IMG/VR virus record: IMGVR_UViG_3300036861_000361
Span: 1-63,549 of that record
Length of the DNA stretch: 63,549 bases
Direction: 5' to 3' (one strand)
Source of the DNA: a virus
Taxonomy: Duplodnaviria > Caudoviricetes
The position numbers and the translations under genes were made by a program. This document shows positions 61,150-63,549 of this stretch, in pieces (position 1 is the stretch's first letter; each line of letters starts with the position of its first letter). The notes beneath the pieces are model-generated. The model made no database searches. It was not told the DNA's origin and saw only the letters and a list, made by a program, of their open reading frames with translations.

Positions 61150-62055
61150 ATGAAGGTATACCTCACCCCACCCCAACCTTCCCGTGGCCTGCAACGCATT
61201 GCTGATGCGCTGGTGAAGTGGAAGCCAGACGGTGTAGAAGTTGTAAGCGATGAACGTGAGGCGGAGCTGGTGGTGCTCTACGCGATTGGGCGTAATGGCG
61301 CGTTGGTTCGCAAAGCAGTTGAATTACAGGGTAACAAGCAGAAGTACGCAGTTATTCAGGTCTGTCTCCGCTCGACAATGAAACCGCGTACTGATGCTTG
61401 GTTACACTTATGGTGGGCGGCTGAAGTTGTCTGGAGTTACTACGACTTGAATGCGGCGATAACTGTTGACGGCAGCGATGATCGACCTCTATTGAACTTC
61501 TACCACGCCCCTCTGGGAGCGGATGCGGAAGTGTTTCGTGACCCGTTCGTGAGTGAGCGATGGGAAAGTATTCCACGCAATGGCCGGAACTTTATTATAA
61601 CTACCAGTGGTCTAAGTCGTCTAAGTGAAAGTGTGCGAGAGTGCTGGTTGGCCGCAAAGGAAGTCGATGGCAAGGTATTCCATGTAGGGCCGTCGATACG
61701 CACAAATCAACTGATTCAATTTTCTCGTGACTGTACTGACATTGAGATGGCAATTCATTATGCCGCCTCACAATTCGTCTCCGCTCTCCGCCGCACCGAA
61801 GGCTTCGAGTTGCCAGCAGTGGAGGGACTACTCTGTGGTGCACGTCCCATCTGCTTTTCAACTAGAGACTACCGGACTTGGTACGAACCTTTTGCGGAGT
61901 TTATTGAGGAAGGTTCACGTGCTGACGTGGTGGAGAGCTTGGTGAAACTGTTTAAGCAGGGTGCTCGCCCTGTTACCGAAGATGAACTAGCGTTAGCGCG
62001 AGAACGGTTTAACTGGAAAACTATAATTGAAGGATTCTATAGTCGCGTACAATGA
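61150..62055 (+). CDS. GT-B (GT4-like) glycosyltransferase
   Basis: EGFELPAVEGLLCG (Ex7E) and C-terminal RFNW. Confidence 0.8.
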   Translation: MKVYLTPPQPSRGLQRIADALVKWKPDGVEVVSDEREAELVVLYAIGRNGALVRKAVELQGNKQKYAVIQVCLRSTMKPRTDAWLHLWWAAEVVWSYYDLNAAITVDGSDDRPLLNFYHAPLGADAEVFRDPFVSERWESIPRNGRNFIITTSGLSRLSESVRECWLAAKEVDGKVFHVGPSIRTNQLIQFSRDCTDIEMAIHYAASQFVSALRRTEGFELPAVEGLLCGARPICFSTRDYRTWYEPFAEFIEEGSRADVVESLVKLFKQGARPVTEDELALARERFNWKTIIEGFYSRVQ

Positions 62056-62615
62056 AGCCTGCTACATGCCATCCAGAAAAACCTGATCGCGGTCGCGGAC
62101 TATGCAACGTCTGTTATATGCGTGTATGGAGAACGGAGAATCCCGAGCACGTTAAAGATTACCAACGGCAATGGTCGGATAAAAACAGAGAAAGTGTTAA
62201 CCAGAAAGCAAGGGAGCGCTGGGCTGCTAATCCTGAGCTATATCGTGAAAGAAACCGTCGCAAGACAGCGCAGCGGAGACAGGAATTAAATCAGCAAGCC
62301 CGTGAATGGCGACAGAAAAATCCAGTCAAGATACTCATGCAGAGATATAGAGCGCCGGAGCACGAAGTTCTGCGTGTCTTGGCATCCGAGACGTGCGAGG
62401 CTTGTGGGTCTACGGAACAACTACACTTCGATCATGATCATAGCACGGGCGTGCTGCGTGGTCGGCTTTGTCGGGGATGCAACATCGCAGTTGGTGCCTT
62501 ACGTGACTCACCTGATATAGTGTTTAGTCTTGGACGTTACCTATTGAAGTATCAAGCAAAAACGGTAGATGCGTATCCCGACTGGAAAGACGGTAGAGAA
62601 CTTAAAGTGTCGTGA
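62052..62615 (+). CDS. Endonuclease VII-family homing endonuclease
   Basis: CEACG..DHDH..G.LRGRLC..CN..G. Confidence 0.85.
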   Translation: MKPATCHPEKPDRGRGLCNVCYMRVWRTENPEHVKDYQRQWSDKNRESVNQKARERWAANPELYRERNRRKTAQRRQELNQQAREWRQKNPVKILMQRYRAPEHEVLRVLASETCEACGSTEQLHFDHDHSTGVLRGRLCRGCNIAVGALRDSPDIVFSLGRYLLKYQAKTVDAYPDWKDGRELKVS

Positions 62616-62616
62616 T

Positions 62617-62712
62617 GCGGTGGAGCGATTTAACTGGGAGACAATCATCGGTGGCTTCTATGAACGGCTTGATGGGACTAAAGCTGCTGAAGCCTTCGCA
62701 GAGCGAGCATAG
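62617..62712 (+). pseudogene. Orphan duplicate of GT4 gene 3' end
   Basis: ERFNWETIIGGFYERL vs ERFNWKTIIEGFYSRV in 61150..62055. Confidence 0.75.
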
Positions 62713-62723
62713 AGCGGCAACGG

Positions 62724-63365
62724 ATGAACACCTTAGATAGAATCCGTGAATTGTGGCCGCAGTTGCCACTACGAGGCCGCCTGCTGCCGTGGGAAATCGC
62801 AGATGTCGGGAGGGACGACCTTGCTCAATTATTTAATCACCTCGATTTCAAAGTCGGTGTTGAGGTTGGCACTGAATATGGACTATATGCTGAGACGCTC
62901 TGCAAAGCTGCTCCTCGGCTGAAGCTGTACTCGGCTGACCCCTACAAGGCTTACAAGGGCTACCGTGAGCATCGCTCGCAACAGAAGCTCAATGGCATCT
63001 ATGAGCAGGCCCAGGAGCGAATGTACCCTTACAACCATGAGTTCATCTGCAAGCCCAGCATTGAAGCCGCTGCTGACTTCAAAGACGGCTCACTGGATTT
63101 CGTCTACATCGACGGCAACCACTCACTACTGCATGTAATTCAAGACCTGTGCTACTGGGTGCCCAAGGTGCGCAAGGATGGTATCGTCGCTGGACATGAC
63201 TTCATCCGTCGTGACCATACTGGTTACGCAATGCATGTTTGTCAGGCACTGCATGCCTACACGCAAAGTTATGGAATCAAGCCGTGGTACGTGTTAGGAT
63301 CGAAAGCAGTTCGAGATGGTGAAGTCAGAGATAAGCCGAGGAGCTGGATGTGGGTGAAGAGTTAA
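62724..63365 (+). CDS. Class I SAM methyltransferase (Methyltransf_24-like)
   Basis: VEVGT..DFVYIDGNHS..GIVAGHDF; paralog of 57401 C-terminal domain. Confidence 0.85.
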   Translation: MNTLDRIRELWPQLPLRGRLLPWEIADVGRDDLAQLFNHLDFKVGVEVGTEYGLYAETLCKAAPRLKLYSADPYKAYKGYREHRSQQKLNGIYEQAQERMYPYNHEFICKPSIEAAADFKDGSLDFVYIDGNHSLLHVIQDLCYWVPKVRKDGIVAGHDFIRRDHTGYAMHVCQALHAYTQSYGIKPWYVLGSKAVRDGEVRDKPRSWMWVKS

Positions 63366-63549
63366 GCTGCTTTCCTCTGCCAATAACGCTCTTTTGTTGT
63401 CAAGGCACGACAGGGATTACATATTCGCTGTTTTGCTTCAGGTGGTTTGGGCTGCAATAAGTGCCCGCGTTTGCAGTGAGTTTTTCTGGCATTTATCGCA
63501 GATGTTCCACAACCCCTTAGCACGTTCTCTCGGTTTGTTGCGAGTTTTA
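63362..63549 (-). CDS. HNH-family endonuclease, C-terminal part (runs off window end)
   Basis: KLATNRENVLRGCGTSAINARKTHCKRGH aligns with C-terminus of 1878..2390. Confidence 0.8.
   Translation of the reverse strand, partial: KLATNRENVLRGCGTSAINARKTHCKRGHLLQPKPPEAKQRICNPCRALTTKERYWQRKAA

Noticed and set aside
57401-63365. GT cluster as a DNA hypermodification system
   Set aside because: No base hydroxymethylase or modified-nucleotide pathway seen; cluster is in the late structural arm with protein-acceptor-type motifs. Not formally excluded
1-63549. Integrase/att sites, reverse transcriptase/DGR, alternative genetic code
   Set aside because: No such motifs recognised; core genes are intact in the standard code using all three stops

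Overview
The window is a near-complete, circularly permuted genome of a tailed dsDNA phage (siphovirus-like). The two ends carry the N- and C-terminal parts of one minus-strand HNH-family gene. Layout: late/morphogenesis arm on + (TerS 49.8 kb, intein-containing TerL, a glycosylation cluster running 54-63.5 kb and on to 0.2-1.9 kb, then portal, scaffold, capsid, head-tail, tail tube, chaperones, tape measure, tail tip and membrane genes to ~28.4 kb). Early/replication arm mostly on - (28.4-49.7 kb: UDG-fused family A polymerase, two DPPY methyltransferases, resolvase, Sak4-like ATPase, PD-(D/E)xK exonuclease, plus a + strand helicase and a candidate iteron origin). The most notable system is a putative phage-encoded mucin-type protein O-glycosylation pathway. 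Two glycosyltransferases carry polypeptide-GalNAc-transferase-like motifs, one fused to lectin-like and methyltransferase domains. A GT-B enzyme, an NDP-sugar epimerase and a second methyltransferase lie nearby. Six probable virion proteins carry codon-diversified Ser/Pro (SPSxSx) tracts of ~16 to ~455 aa. A second highlight is a terminase intein whose endonuclease is encoded in an overlapping +1 frame. No integrase, tRNA, CRISPR array, primase or endolysin was recognised. All calls are from motif reading and synteny only; no database searches were run.
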